Assembly: GCA_051294375.1 (NCBI GenBank) | Contig: CM119264.1 | Coordinates: 14,221,515-14,285,514, forward strand | Direction of reading: 5' to 3' | Source of the DNA: Paraspadella gotoi | Lineage: Eukaryota > Animalia > Chaetognatha | DNA: 64,000 nucleotides | Shown: in pieces, positions 49,970-64,000 of the stretch | Layout: each line of letters opens with the position of its first letter | Numbering within the stretch: the first letter of the stretch is position 1 | Notes under the pieces: model-generated | Seen by the model: only the letters and a program-made list of their open reading frames with translations | Told to the model about the DNA's origin: nothing | The model's database searches: none | Position numbers and translations under genes: made by a program

Positions 49970-52900
49970 AAAGACAAAGAAAGTAAGACAAAAATGGATA
50001 AAAAGAAAGAAAAAGGAGAAAAAAGAAAAGAAAATGAAAGCAAATAAAGAAATGAAAGCAAAAGAAATGAAAAGCAAAGAATGAAAAGAAAAAGAATGAA
50101 AAGCAAAAGAAATGAGAAGCAAAAGAAATGAAAAGCAAAAGAAAAAAAGAAAAGAAAATGGAAAGAAAAATAAAGAAAATGAAAGCAAAAGAATGGAAAG
50201 CAAAGAAATGAAAAGCAAAAGAAAAAAAAAGAAAGAAATGAAAGCAAAATAAAGAAATGAAAAGCAAAAGAAATGAGAAGCAAAGAAATGAAAAGCAAGA
50301 AATGAAAAGCAAGAAATGAGAAGCAAGAAATGAGAAGCAAAAGAAATGAGAGCAAAAGAATGAAGAAAGAAATGAGAAGGCAAAGAAATGAGAAGCAAAG
50401 AATGAAAAGCAAGAAGAAGAGAAGCAAAGAAATGAGAAGCAAAATAAATGAGAGCAAAGAAATGAAAAGCAAAAGAAATGAAAAGCAAAAGAAATAAAGC
50501 AAAAGAAATGAGAAGAAAAGAAATGAAATCAAGAGAGAGCAAAGAAATGAAAGCAAAGAAAATAAAGCAAAAGAAATGAGAAGCAAAAGAAAAGAGAAGC
50601 AAAAGAAATGAAGCAAAAGAAATGAGAAGCAAAAGAATGAGAAGCAAAAGAATGAAGCGAAAGAAAGAAAAGCAAAAGAAATGAGAAGCAAAAGAATGAG
50701 AAGCAAAAGAAAAGAGAAGCAAAAGAAAGAGAAGGAAGAAATGATAGAGCCAAAAGAAAATGAGAAAGCAAGAAAAGTAGTAAGAGAAAGAACATATAAG
50801 AAATGAAAGCAAAAGAAATGAAAAGCAAAGAATGAAAAGCAAAAGAAATGAAAAGCAAAAGAAATGAAAGCAAAAGAAATGAAAAGGAAAAGAAAGAAAA
50901 GCAAAAGAAATGAGAAGCAAAAGAAATGAAAAGCGAAAGAAAAGAAAAGCAAAAGAATGAAAGCAAAAGAAATGAAAAGCAAAAGAAATGAAAAGCGAAA
51001 GACAGAAAGAAAAGAGAAATGAAAGCAAGAAATGAAAAGCAAAGAAATGAGAAGCAAAAGAAATGAAAAGCGAAAGAAAAGAAAGAAGCAAAGAATATGA
51101 GAAAGGAAAAGAAATGAAAAAGCAAAAGAAATGGAAGCAAAAGAAATGAAAGCAAAAAGAAATGAAAAGCAAAAGAAATGAAAAGCAAAAGAAATGAAAA
51201 GCAAAAGAAATGAAAAGCAAAGAAATGAAAAGCAAAAGAAATGAAAGAGTCAAAAGCAAATGAAAAGCAAAATGAAATGAAATAAGCAAAAGAAAGAACC
51301 AAATACGCAAATGAAAAGCAAAGAAATGAAAGCAAAAGAAATGAAAGCAACAAGAAATGAAAGCAAAAGAAATGAAAGCAAAAGAAAAGAGCAAAAGAAT
51401 GAAAAGCAAAAGAAATGAAAGCAAAAGAATGAATAGCAAAAGAAATGAAAAGCAAAAAGAAATGAAAGAGCAAAGAAATGAAAAGCAAAAGAAATGAAAT
51501 GCAAAAGAAAAGAGAAGCAAAAGAAATGAAAGCAAAAGAAATGAAAAGCAAAAGAAATGAAAGCAAAGAAATGAAATGCAAAATAGAAAAGAGAAGGCAA
51601 AAGAAATGAAAAGCAAAGAAATGAAAGGCAAAGAAATGAAAAGCAAAAGAATGAAAAAGCAAAAAAGAAATGAAAAGCAAAAGAAATGAAGAAGCAAAGA
51701 AAAGAAAAGCAAAGAAAAGAAAGCAAAAGAATGAAAAAGCAAGAAGAAAAGAAAGAATGAAAAGCAAAAGAAATGAAAAGCAAGAAATGGAAGCAAAGAA
51801 ATGAAAAAGCAAAGAAATGAAAAGCAAAAGATGAGCAAAAGAAATGAAAGCAAAAAAATGAAGCAAAGAAATGAAAAAAGAAATGAAATGCAAAAAGAAA
51901 TGAAAAGCAAAAAAAATGAAAAGCAAAAGAAATGAAAAGCCAAAAGAAATGAAAAGCAAAAGAAATGAAAGCAAAGAAATGAAAAGCAAAAGAAATGAAA
52001 AGCAAAGAAATGAAAAGCAAAAGAAATGAAAAGCAAAAGAAATGAAAAGCAAAAGAAATGAAAAGCAAAAGAAGAAAGCAAAGAAATGAAAAGCAAAAGA
52101 AATGAAAAGCAAAGAAATGAAAAGAAAGTGAAAAGCAAAAGAATGAAAAGCAAAGAAATGAAAAGCAAAAGAATGAGAAGCAAAGAAAGAAAAGCAAAAG
52201 AAGAAAAGCAAAAGAAATGAAAGCAAAAGAAAGAAAAGCAAAAGAATGAAAAGCAGAAATGAAAAGCAAGAAATGAAAAAGAAAAGAAATGAAAGCAAAA
52301 GAAATGAAAAGCAAAGAATGAAAAGCAAAAGAAATGAAAAGCAAAAGAATGAAAAGCAAAAGAAATGAAAAAGCAAAAGAAATGAAAAGCAAAAGAAATG
52401 AAAAGCAAAAGAAAGAAAAGCAAAAGAAATGAAAAGCAAAAGAAATGAAAAGCAAAAGAAATAGAAAGCAAAGAAATGAAAGCAAAGAAATGAAAGCAAA
52501 GAAATGAAAAGCAAAAGAATGAAAAGCAAAAGAATTGAAGCAAGAAAGAAAGCAAAAGAAATGAAAAGCAAAAGAATGAAAAGCAAAGAAGATGAAAGCA
52601 AAGAAATGAAAAGCAAAAGAAATGAAAAGCAAAAGAAATGAAAAGCAAAAGAATGAAAAGCAAAAGAAATGAAAAGCAAAAGAAATGAAAGCAAAAGAAA
52701 TGAAAAGCAAAGAAATGAAAGCAAAGGAAATGAAAAGCAAAAGAAATGAAAAGCAAAAGAAATGAAAAGCAAAAGAAATGAAAAGAAAGAAATGAAAAGC
52801 AAAAGAAATGAAAGCAAGAAATGAAAGCAAAAGAAATGAAAAGCAAAAGAAATGAAAAGCAAAAGAAAGAAAGCAAAGAAAGAAAAGAAAAGAAATGAAA

Positions 52901-53950
52901 GCAAGAAATGAAAGCAAAAGAATGAAAAGCAAAAGAAAATGAAAAGCAAAAGAATGAAAAGCAAAAGAAATGAAAAGCAAAGAAAGCAAAGAAATGAAAG
53001 CAAAGAAATGAAAAGCAAAAGAATGAAAGCAAGAAATGAAAGCAAGAAATGAAAAGCAAAAGAAATGAAAAGCAAAAGAAATGAAAGCAAAGAAATGAAA
53101 AGCAAAAGAAATGAAAAGCAAAAGAAATGAAAGCAAAAGAAATGAAAAGCAAAAGAAATGAAAGCAAAAGAAATGAAAAGCAAAGAAATGAAAGCAAAAA
53201 GAAAAGCAAGAAATGAAAAGCAAAAGAAATGAAAGAAAAGAAATGAAAAGCAAAAGAAATGAAAAGCAAAAGAAATTGAAAAGCAAAAGAAATGAAAAGC
53301 AAAAAAGAAATGAATAAGCAAAAGAATATGAAAGCAAAGAAATGAAAAGCAAAGAATGAAGCAAAGAAATGAAAGCAAAAGAAATGAAAGCAAAAGAAAG
53401 AAAACGAAAAGAAAATGAAAAGCAAAAGAAATGAAAACAAAAGAAATGAAAGCAAAAGAAATGAAAAGCAAAGAAATGAGAAGCAAAAGAAATGAAAAGC
53501 AAAAGAAATGAAAAGCAAAAGAAATGAAAAGCAAAAGAATGAAAGCAAAAGAAAATGAAAAGCAAAAGAATGAAAGCAAAAGAAATGAAAAGCGAATGAA
53601 AGCAAAGAAATGAAGCAAAAAAAGAGAGCAAAAGAAATGAAAAGCAAAAGAATGAAAAGCAAAAAGAAATGAGAAGCAAGAAATGAAATGCAAAAGAAAA
53701 GAAGCAAAAGAAATGAGCAAAGAGAAAAAGAGAAGAAAAGAAAAGAAAGCAAAAGAAATGAAAAGCAAGAGAACAAAAGAAATGAAAGCAAAGAAATGAA
53801 AGCAAAAGAAAGAAAGCAAGAAATGAGAAGCAAAGAAATGAAGAAGCAAAAGAAGACATAAGAAAGAAAGCAAAAGAAAAGAAAGCNNNNNNNNNNNNNN
53901 NNNNNNNNNNNAAAAGAAAAGAGAAGCAAAAGAAAAGAAAAGCAAAAGAA
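49970..53950. repeat. ~4-kb minisatellite, ~16-bp unit AAAAGCAAAAGAAATG
   Basis: Well over 200 tandem, indel-ridden copies; minus strand almost lacks stop codons, which explains the 497-1375 aa F/L/S/C/H ORFs. Confidence 0.95.
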
Positions 53951-56900
53951 AGGGTCTGGAAAAAGAAAGGAAACGTCGGAAGGAAAACTAAGTTGGTTAA
54001 GTAAGACGATTAGTAAAGATTTTCGGTTGAGGGAAGTTCCGATGGTTTCGATCGTATCGCCGACGGTTGTTATCACTGAAAAGAATCGCTTGTTACGTCT
54101 TTGGGCTCTACAAAGGTTTTTCGAGAATTTGGGAGGAAAAGAGAAGTTGTTAAGACGGAGGGTGATGATAAGAAGACTGGGAATGGTATTGGAAAAAAGA
54201 GAGCGTTAAAGGAAAAACAAAAGAAGGAAGAAAGACTGAAAAAAAAAGAAAAGATAGAAAGACGAAGGGACAGAAAGAAAAAGGGAGAAAAAAAAATAGA
54301 GATCGAATGGAAAAAAAGGAGTAAAAATGGAAGGGAAGAAAGAGAGAAAGATTAAAAGAGAGAAAGAAAAACCGAAAGAAAGACAGTAAAAAACGGAATA
54401 TAGAAAGTAAAACAGAAAGTAAAACAGAAAGAAGGAAAGACAGAAAGAGAGGTCTTTTACCGCCGAAACTGAGCGAAATGACGCCGGGGCCAAGAGGCGC
54501 CGCCGAGACGGAATCAATATCAATGATAATGCGATGAAAACAAGCGCCAGGACCGACGCCGCTCCAGACGAGGGACCGACTAAAGATGGAAACATAAAAA
54601 AAACAAAAGACTCTCGGAAAAAGTGGCTCCGGAGAAAAGGGAGGCCAAGGTTGGCGGGAAACCGGAGAGGCAGGGGGAGAAAGCTGCAACATGTGGAATA
54701 TTGCAAGGAGCAAGGATTGCAAGATGTTCAGAATTGCAACATGCGAAGATGGCAAGATGAAGACGATTGCAAACTTCTATTATAGCAATAGGCTGTAAAT
54801 TACAAAATTTTAGATTTGCAAGATGTATAATTGCAAGATACCAATATTACCAGATTAAAACGATTGCAAGGTTAATTCATTACAACCTTTCGGAAGATGG
54901 CGCAGTTTGGAAAATGATTTTAGATTGCTTCAAATGTTGCAAATGGAAGGGAAAAAGTTTGGTCAGATCCGGAGCGGGAGGTTGGGGGAAAAAAAAAAGA
55001 CGAGGAAAGGAAAAAAGCTATTTCCAACCAAATGGAATGGATGCAAAATTGAAGAAGATTGGGAGATGATTGGAAACAAGACGGCTGCGTTGCTTTTTTT
55101 TAGATTCACGCAAGGTTTGTCGAAAATGGTAGGGTTGGCTCGAAGATAAGCCCGAGTACGGGATACCGAGGATAGATTTGTATATGAATCAATGGCTTCT
55201 TTTTCGTAACGACGTTTTTATCAAGTGTTTTCTCAGACTCAGTTCATTAGACATTCAATGACCTTTGAAAAAAATTTGCAGCTAAATTAGAATTTTAACA
55301 TTTTGCTAAGTAATATTTGTAATGCGTAATTTTGATAGGCAGTAATATGATAGTTTTAAACCAAGTATTTATCATTATCATCATGGGAGAAGTCTGGTGT
55401 TCTCCAAAACCGATATGGTCCAAGAATTCCGTCGTGAGACAGTTTTAGGCGAAAGAGAAAAGAGGAGAAAATGCGGACCATCTCCCCCTTTTATCTTCTT
55501 TTATTCGCTACCAATAAAATCTTTATCGAAAATTATTCCCATCATTTCGCCATGAGCATAATTTTTACAACTACCAGTAATGTAAACGGCTACTACATAT
55601 GTTGAATCGGATACTTTTATCTTTAACGCTCTCTGTTGCTGTCGCTCATTTTCTTTTTAGCCCCTGTTCACTTTCAATTAGTTTCATAATCAAAAATATT
55701 GCCATTCACAGTAATTTAAATTCGTTTCCGACTTTGATTCAGTCTCACTTTCATCACGATTCACCTCCAATCAGTTTCACTTTCACATCCCGATTCGCCG
55801 ATGCTCCATTTTATTTTTTTATTTGGATTTTATTCCTGCGAGTAAACATCGTCCAGGAAACGAGAACTCTCGATCCTCTTTTGAAGAGCAAAGCGATTTA
55901 AAGCACGCCGAGTTTTAAGGAGAGAAGATTGCCTTCAGGTCGCTTCTCACCCCGAGTTTGAAACAGCTTTAGGAATGAAAAGGGGTGTGTTTGGGGAGAA
56001 GTAGTGTTTTAATACTCGCCGGGTTTAAAGTTGGGTTAGGCTTGATTAACTAAACTAATCACTTTGTAACGAACCAAAAAAAAAAATAAAAATAATCGGC
56101 ACACCCGGTTGAAACGACGACTATTAGCTCGAGTTCCCTCTATTTTAATTCACCCGATTCACCTCCAATCCCCTGCGGGTGAGACTCCCCCACTTATTCA
56201 CTGCCTAGGGGCGTCGGGGGCCTCAACCCGCAACCTTGGCCCCTCGTATATCGACGGCCAAATGTCATTACACAAACACATTTTCGAGTTTTATTCCGTG
56301 TTTACCAAAATAAAGCTCAAGTGGCAAATATTTGTGATTGAGAGTACGTGAGGGTCGAGCGAGGAAGGTTCGGGCCTTTGGGGGAAGCGAGACGAGGTTT
56401 TTTCAGGCTGCGAGGATCGGGCGACGAGGTTGGGCCTCAGGAGAGGAAAAGGCTCGAGCCATGGGGATTGTCGAGGAGGTTGGCCCGAGAGAATCCGGCG
56501 CGGGAGGGTCTTCATGTCGAGGCGCGATATATATCCGGTTGACGTGGGAACTTAGTGTGGGGGTTGGCCCTCGGCGTTTGTTTGGCTCACGTCTCCTCGC
56601 CGACTGCGCACGATCGATTATTCGCAGGTGACTCTCTGAGTGAAAAGTCGGATAATAGAGTCACATCATTGGGGCGGGGAATACCGCGGTTCACTTTTGG
56701 ATAAGGTAGAACAGTTTAGCAAAATGCTTTATTACTCAACAAAATATAAAATTATTACTAATACTTCGATATCCATCGTTATTTGGCCCAAAACGTTAAA
56801 TAAAAGTTTCCCTACGGCTATGACTAGTATGATTACGTGTTTTATTTTATCACTTGGGGCCTAAGTGGGAAGTAATATAACAAAAATTTTAAGTACTGTA

Positions 56901-57246
56901 TAAGCGGAGAGATTGAAATCATTTTCTACAAGTTTCTATAACAGTTTTTAATAATATAAAGCGTAATCATCATTCTGAATTAACCTCTCCAAGTGAGATC
57001 CGGTTAGATTTTTTGTTTTTCATCAAAGAGGGCGCAAAATCCCTATCATCGAATCAATCTCACGAGACCAAACAATAAGGACGCCATCGCACAGTTCGTT
57101 CACTCAGGTGCCAGTTTTACTGACGATCACGCGCAGGTGTTAGCGCTGGAACCAGGTGTCAACGCCCAGCCGCGTACATTCCGATTTAATCGAGAAATTG
57201 AAGGAGGGAAGGAAAGCTTTTATTGGTTTTTTAGTAATCAAGTTAC

Positions 57247-57351
<105 letters not shown>

Positions 57352-57424
57352 ACATTTATAATATTTTTTAATATAATAGAAAAGGAAAAAGTTGATGATG
57401 ATGATGACCGAAAGCACGTTTATA

Positions 57425-57484
57425 TGCATTGCTTACAAATCTTAGAGCTGCATTGCTTACAAATCCTAGAACTAGACTGCATTG
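57425..57484. repeat. 24-bp tandem duplication TGCATTGCTTACAAATC(T/C)TAGA
   Basis: Two copies plus a partial third seen directly. Confidence 0.8.
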
Positions 57485-58261
57485 TGACAAGTTCATCCTG
57501 CCTATAAGCAATGATACCTTCAGTTGTGACATGAAGTGAGCTACTCGAAGTGATAGGATGAGATCGTTGAAGAAATGACGCGAAATGCTCAGTGAAGAAA
57601 ATATTCGCATGAAGTAGAAGTGAATTTAGTTATTGTTGATTTAGTAAATCAGAGCAGATGGATGGAATTATGCTGAAGAAATTTCATAATTTTGTTTGCC
57701 TCGTACAAGAATATTTAATAATAATAAGCATTCCCTGTGTTACTTTTTCTTACATTAGATTCTCTTTTTATTTCGTGCATAAAAAAGTTGAAATGAACGA
57801 GGGAATAAATCATTCTTTTGTAAAACGGTATAGATGATCTATACTAGGAAATGAACGTTTACCATCAGAAAAAAGAGTGAAAAACATTCTTAAAATTTAA
57901 ATGTCGGAAGGTTCAAGAGAGTTATTTTTTTAAAAAAGCAGTCCGCTCTTCTAGAAAAGAAAATCAACGTGATTCGATACAATCTTTTCCTTTCATGGCT
58001 TCGAGTGCGTAGCAAATGCGCGCAAATCGTTTCGAGAAAATGCGATCCGCCTTTTCATAGTTTTTCATCTCCTCGACGACGACGACGAAAACTACGACGA
58101 GGACGACGATGAAAAGAAATACGAGTCTCATTCGTTTTCTTTTTCGAGTCACAAACGAGCGACGCCTCACGAAGCCGAATGACGCGCGAGACTCGAAGAT
58201 TGCAAATCGAGAATTGATATCAAAAGTACAACGCTACCTCTCCAATCTCCTGACTGGAAAG

Positions 58262-58271
58262 AGACGGCTCT

Positions 58272-58324
<53 letters not shown>

Positions 58325-59287
58325 TCTCGATCTCTCTCACACACACACTAAAACGAGGCAGGCAATGTATAATTCATATGCAATGACTTTATCCTTCTCA
58401 ACTTTCCGAATCAACATGGCTATTTTCTCTCTCGCTCCCCCTTTCTCTTTTTTTCCTCTTTCACTCTCTCTTTCTCCATCTCGTCGCTCAGCGCAAAAAC
58501 AAAGAAGAAGAAAACAAACGGAAAGTAAATTTATGTTAACAGTGGTGTTTCCATGGTAACAAGTTAAAATCAAAATTGACTTTTTCGATTTATCTACACT
58601 ATAAAAGATAGTAGTTTGATGACTGTTTATTCCTCAGATATAAAAAATCCTCAGTTATATTCTATATAGTTCTCATTAAAAGCTAAGAGATTCGGGTGGT
58701 GGAATTTATTGTGATCCAGGGTTTTCCGTTAGCGGATATTGTTTTACAAATTCGCTTCTCTTGGACAATTCATATCACAACATGTGATCAAAGACACATC
58801 AGACTTGGTCACGTGACAGGGAATTTATCCTCAAACTGTGATAGAATCCATAAATTTCCTCCCTTTCTTCCTTGTTATCATCACACGTTCATGATGCGAG
58901 AAAACGCCTCGCTTGTCTCTATCTCCTTTTTTCGCATTCTCTCTCTCTCTTCTCCTTCTCTCTCTCTCTCGTCTCTCATCATCCTCCTCTCTCTTCTAGG
59001 TCTCTCATCTTCCATCTCTCTCTCTCTCTCTCTCCGCTTCAGCTTTCTCATTTCATTTTTCTCTCCTCTCTCCTTATTCGTTCGTAAACCATTTAAAAAA
59101 CGCCTAACGAACATGATAAAAATATATTTATAAAAAATTTAAAAAATAGAAATATAATATATTTCGTTTTTCTGAACGAAATTGGATATTCAATGATTTC
59201 GGAGAAATACAGAGAGAAAAAAAGATGGGAGAGAGGGAAAGCAGAAACTTGAGAACACGTGACGTCACGAACAAAGGTGTGAGAATT

Positions 59288-59355
<68 letters not shown>

Positions 59356-59363
59356 AGAGAGAG

Positions 59364-59396
<33 letters not shown>

Positions 59397-60525
59397 CAGA
59401 GAGAGAAGAAAGAGAAAAAAAAAGAAAGAAGAAAGAAAGAAAGAAAGAAAGAACAGATGTGAGAGCAAGATAAGAAAGAAAGAAAAAAGAGAAAGAAGTT
59501 AGTAGAGTAGAGAGACTAAAAAAGGGGAGGGCCGTGGATAGGATTGTCTCGATGCTGTTTCTGGAACGCTGAACGTAAAAGATGTCGCGGAAGCAATCAA
59601 TCAGAAATATTGTTGCTTTTGAGTGGAGAGCTTTGGAACGGAGGTTTGGGGCGGGGGAAAAACAAAGAAGAAGAAGAAGAAGTAAGGAGGAGAGAGAGAA
59701 GTAGAGAGAGAGAGAGAGGAGAGAGGAGAGAGAGAGAGAAGATGAGAGAAAGAGAGAGAGAGAGAGGAGAGGAGAGTCAATAGATAAAACGAGATCTGGG
59801 GGGGAAAAAAATGCGAGGCGAGATGAACTTTGGAAATAAAGAAGGGAATAGTAAGGAAAAGTCGGGAGAGAATTGCCAAAGGAGGAAAGATAAAAAGAAA
59901 GGAGGAGAGAGAGGAGAAAAGAGGGGAGAATTGAACGGAGCGAAGAAAAAAGGAGGAGGGAGAGAGGAAGGAAGTCGTCGAAACGAAGATAGAGGTGTAC
60001 ACGCGTTTCGGTTTTCGCGAGTTTCTGAAGGGAATAATATGTGAGAAGAAGGGTTGGGGAATAAGAAGAGAAAAGAATAACAGAGAAGGGGAAAAAAATC
60101 GGCGGAGAAAAAAATACGGGAGAAAAGTAAGATAGAAGGAAAAAAAATAACAACGAAAAGAAGCGGAAAAGAAAGAAGAATAATAAAAAACAGAGGAAAA
60201 AAAAAAAAAAGTGAACAGAAAGAGTGTGGATAGAAAAAGGTTAGGCATTTTTTTTTTAGAAAGGGGAAAAAATTGTAGGAAAACAAACTTCTGTCAATAT
60301 GAAAAAAAGAAAAGAAAAAAGAAGAAGAAGAGAACTTCTGAAGAAAGAAAAGAAGAAAATACTTTGGGAGAAAAAAAAAAAATTTCGGGTCAGAGAAGTC
60401 CTTCGACGACGGACGGACAGTGTTGTTGTGTAAATATGCGGAGAAATTGGAAAATGGAGAGGGGAAGAGGCCGGGGGACATACTGAGGTTGGGGAGAGGA
60501 ACGATGGAGAAAAAAAGAATAAAAC

Positions 60526-60557
<32 letters not shown>

Positions 60558-62407
60558 TAAGAGAGAGAGAGAGGAAGAGGAGATGAGAGAGGGACGAGAG
60601 AACTGGTCTTCGATTGACAGTTGCGAGAAAGGATCATCACGGGGAAGGATCATCGAAACTGTCTTCGTCGTTGCTTGTCGTCGACTTTGGGGGTCGTCGT
60701 CCTCTCATAATCGTCGCAGTCGGTCGGTTTTCTATTCTTACTAGCGGACAACGTTGCTTACGGTCGTCGTCTTCATGTTCTACGCGTCGTTTTTCTGTCA
60801 TCGTTGCTACGGTCGTTCCTTCATCGTTGCTACGTCGTTCTCCGGTCCTAGTGCATTACTTTAGCAATCATCTGCTATGGTCGTCCTTCATTTATCGTTC
60901 GCTTTGCGAAGGTGTCGTCTTCTTCATCGTTGCCTACGGGTCGTGCTTCTTCATCGTGCTACGGGTCGTCTGTTCTTTACATCGTTGCTACGAGTCGTCT
61001 TCTGTCATCGTTGCTGGCCATACGATGCTATCATGCTAGCGTGACGGTCGGTTTTATTTCATCGTTGCTCTGGTTGCTCNNNNNNNNNNNNNNNNNNNNN
61101 NNNNAGACAGAGGGCTAACGTGGTGCTCTCTCGGCAAGTCAGGAGTAGGTCTCTTTCATCCGCATCATGGCATCACTCTCCTCTCCTCGTCTCTCTCTCT
61201 CTCTCTCATCTCGTCTTCTCTCTATCTTGTCTCGATCTCTCTCACACACACACTAAAAATCGCAGGCAGGACTTGTATAATTCATATGCAATGAACTTAT
61301 CCAGTTTCTCAACTTTCCGATCAACATGGCTATTTTCTCTCTTCGCTCCCCCTTTCTCTTTTTTTCCTCTTTCACTCTCTCTTTCTCCATCTCGTCGCTC
61401 AGCGCAAAAAACAAAAAAGAAGAACAAACGGAAGAGATAAAATTTATGTTAACATGTGGTGTTTCCATGGTAACTTTAGTTAAATCAAAATTGACTCTTT
61501 TTCGATTTATCTACAGACTATAGAAAGAATAGTAGTGCTTGATGATCTGTTTATTCCTCAAGATATAAATATCGTCAGTTATATTCTATACTAGTTCTCA
61601 GTAAAACCCTAAGAGATTCGGTGGTTGAATTTATTGTATCCAGGGTTTCGTTAGCGAGTATGAGTTTTAAACAACTTCGCTTCTCTTGGACAATTCAATA
61701 TCACAACATGTGATCAAAGACACATTCAGTGAGTTAGTATTAGCACTTGGTCCACGTACAGGTGAATTTAATCCTCAACTGATGGAGAGAAGTCCATAAT
61801 TTTCCCTCCCTTCTCTTCCTTGTTATCATCACATCTTGCTCTAGAGCGAGAAGATCGCCTCTGCTTGTCTGCTATCCATGCCGTTTTTTCGCATTCGTCG
61901 TCTCCTCTTCTCATTCTCTCTCGTCTGCATCGTCTCTGCATCTCTCTCTCTCCTCAGGCTCTCACTCGAGTCGTTCTCGTGCTCGGCCGTTAGATCTAAC
62001 TTCTCGTGCCGTACTTGCGTACCTCTGCGTATTATCACTCTCTGTTCAATTATTCACTTCATTTTCTCATCTCTCTCCTTATTTACGATCGTAAACCATA
62101 TTAAAAAACGCCTACGACATGATAAAAATATATTTATAAAAAATTTTAAAAAATAGAAATATAATATAGTTTCGTTTTTTCTAGAACGACAATTGGATAT
62201 TTCAAATGAATTCGGAGAATCACAGACGAAAAGAGAAAGAAAGAGTACGGCACGCGGACAACTTGAAGAATCACTGATGCGTTAAACAGAACGAATAGGT
62301 GTGAGAATTGAGGAGAGAGAGAAGAGAGAGAGAGAGAAGGAGAGAGAGAAGAGAGAGAGACGAGAGCAGCAGTAGAGGCGTGCTCACGCAGAGAGAGAGA
62401 GAGGAGA

Positions 62408-62451
<44 letters not shown>

Positions 62452-62723
62452 AAAAAAGAAAGAAAGAAAGAAAGAAAGAAAAAAAGAAACAGAGTGAGAG
62501 AAGAGAAAGAAAGAAAGAAAAAAGAGAAAGAAGTGAGAGAGAGAGAGACTAAAAAAGGAGGGCCGTGGATATGGATTGCGATCTCGGCTTTCTGGAACTG
62601 AACAGTAAAAACTGTCGCGGAAAGAATAAATCAGAAAATATTGTGTTTTGAGTGTTTGAGGAGACTTTGGAACGGAGGTTTGGGGGGGGGAAAACAAAGA
62701 AGAAGAAGAAAGAAAGAGAGGAG

Positions 62724-62757
<34 letters not shown>

Positions 62758-63513
62758 GAGAGAGCAGAGAGAGAGTAGAGAGAGAGAGCAGAGAGAGAGA
62801 GAGAGAGGAGAGTCCATAGATAGAAACGAGATTGGGGGGAAAAAAATGCGAGGACCAGTTCGAAACTTTGGAAATCAAAAGAAGGGAATAGTAAGAAAAT
62901 CCGGGAAGAATTGCCAAAGGAGGAACAGATAAAAAGGAAAGCAAAAAGAAGGAGGAGGAAGAGAGGAGAAAAGAGGGGAGAATTGAAGGAGGAAAGAAAA
63001 AAGGAGGAGGAAGAGAGGAAAGCGTCGAAACGATAGAGGTGTAAACCGTTCGTCGAGTTTCTGAAGGAAATATGAGAGAAGAAGAGGTTGGGGAATAAGA
63101 AAGAGAAAAAGTAAACAGAGAAGGAAAAAAATCGGCGGAGAAAAAATACGGGAGAAAAGTAAAGATAGAAGGAAAAAAAAACAACGAAAACAAGACGAAA
63201 AGAAAAAGAATAAAAAAACAGGGAAAAAAAAGGTGCGAATTTGAAGAAAAAGTTAGGTTTTTTTTTTTAGAAAGGGAAAAAATGTAAAAAAAACTTCTGT
63301 CAATTGAAAAAAAAGAAAAAGAAAAAGAAGAAGAAGAGAAAACTTCTGAAGAAAGAAAAAAGAAAATAACTTTGGAGAAAAAAAAAATTTCGGGAGAGAA
63401 GTCTTGACGACGGACGGACAGTGTTGTTGTGTAATAATGCGAGAAAATTGAAAGGAGAGGGAGAAGGCGGGCGACATACTGAGTTGGGGGAGGAACGATG
63501 GAGAAAAAAAGAT

Positions 63514-63568
<55 letters not shown>

Positions 63569-64000
63569 TGGTCTTCGATTGACAGTTGCGAGAAGGATCA
63601 TCACGGGGAAGGATCATCAAACTGTCTTCGTCGTTGCTGTCGTCGCTTTTGCGGTCGTCGTCTTCATAATCGTCGCAGTCGTCGTTTTTATTCTTATAGC
63701 GGACAACGTTGCTACGGTCGTCGTCTTCATCGTTGCTACGGTCGTCCTTCTTTCTCGTTGCTCCACGGAGTGCATTACTTCTCACAATCATCTGCTATGG
63801 TCGTCCTTATTATCGTTCGCTGAGACGAAGCGCTTCGTCTTACTTCATCGTTGCCTACGGGTCGTGCTTCTTCATCGTGCTACGGGTCGTCTGTTCTTTA
63901 CATCGTTGCTACGAGTCGTCTTCTGTCATCGTTGCTGGCCATACGATGCTATCATGCTAGCGTGACGGTCGGTTTTATTTCATCGTTGCTCTGGTTGCTC
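58262..64000. repeat. Tandem duplication ~58262-61079 / ~61105-64000 across a 25-N gap (probable assembly artefact)
   Basis: Colinear ~2.9-kb copies, both ending in ...ttcatcgttgctctggttgctc (61079 and 64000). Confidence 0.92.
60750..61072. repeat. Degenerate ~21-24-bp minisatellite TCTTCATCGTTGCTACGGTCG (second copy ~63705-63992)
   Basis: catcgttgctacg core recurs about ten times at short spacing without unique spacers. Confidence 0.8.

Noticed and set aside
49711-54076. ORFs of 497-1375 aa resembling multi-pass membrane proteins
   Set aside because: Direct translation of the 16-bp minisatellite; all three minus frames are open and one crosses an N-gap.
55429-55444. CCGTCGTGAGACAGTT, matching a conserved large-subunit rRNA motif
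   Set aside because: Only ~15 nt; flanks show no rRNA similarity.
60750-61072. Regularly spaced short repeats considered as a CRISPR-like array
   Set aside because: Units are directly tandem and degenerate with no unique spacers, no cas genes, and the context is eukaryotic.

Overview
Eukaryotic (probably invertebrate) draft-scaffold sequence dominated by repeats: long (GA)n/(TC)n and trinucleotide microsatellites, two large tandem arrays, several transposon-like insertions and 15 N-gaps. I can support no intact protein-coding gene, rRNA, tRNA or CRISPR array. Nearly all ORFs in the track are translations of simple repeats. Main structures: (1) a 4.3-kb non-autonomous hAT-type element (968-5290) with an exact 8-bp target-site duplication; (2) an ~18.5-kb palindrome (7200-25686) folded at a 25-N gap; (3) inside its right arm only, a 2.46-kb TIR element (16418-18879) with an ATAA TSD, whose empty site is visible in the left arm; (4) a 4.7-kb insertion (27452-32186) made mostly of a higher-order satellite, whose empty site is visible in a neighbouring duplicate; (5) three near-identical tandem duplications straddling exact 25-N gaps, most likely long-read gap-filling artefacts; (6) a possible degenerate BEL/Pao-like LTR plus gag remnant; (7) a 4-kb AAAAGCAAAAGAAATG-type minisatellite. 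I do not see evidence for a new protein-based system. The best leads are the two presence/absence insertions of unclear superfamily and the question of whether the giant palindrome is real. Many stretches look like unpolished long-read sequence, so base-level details are uncertain.
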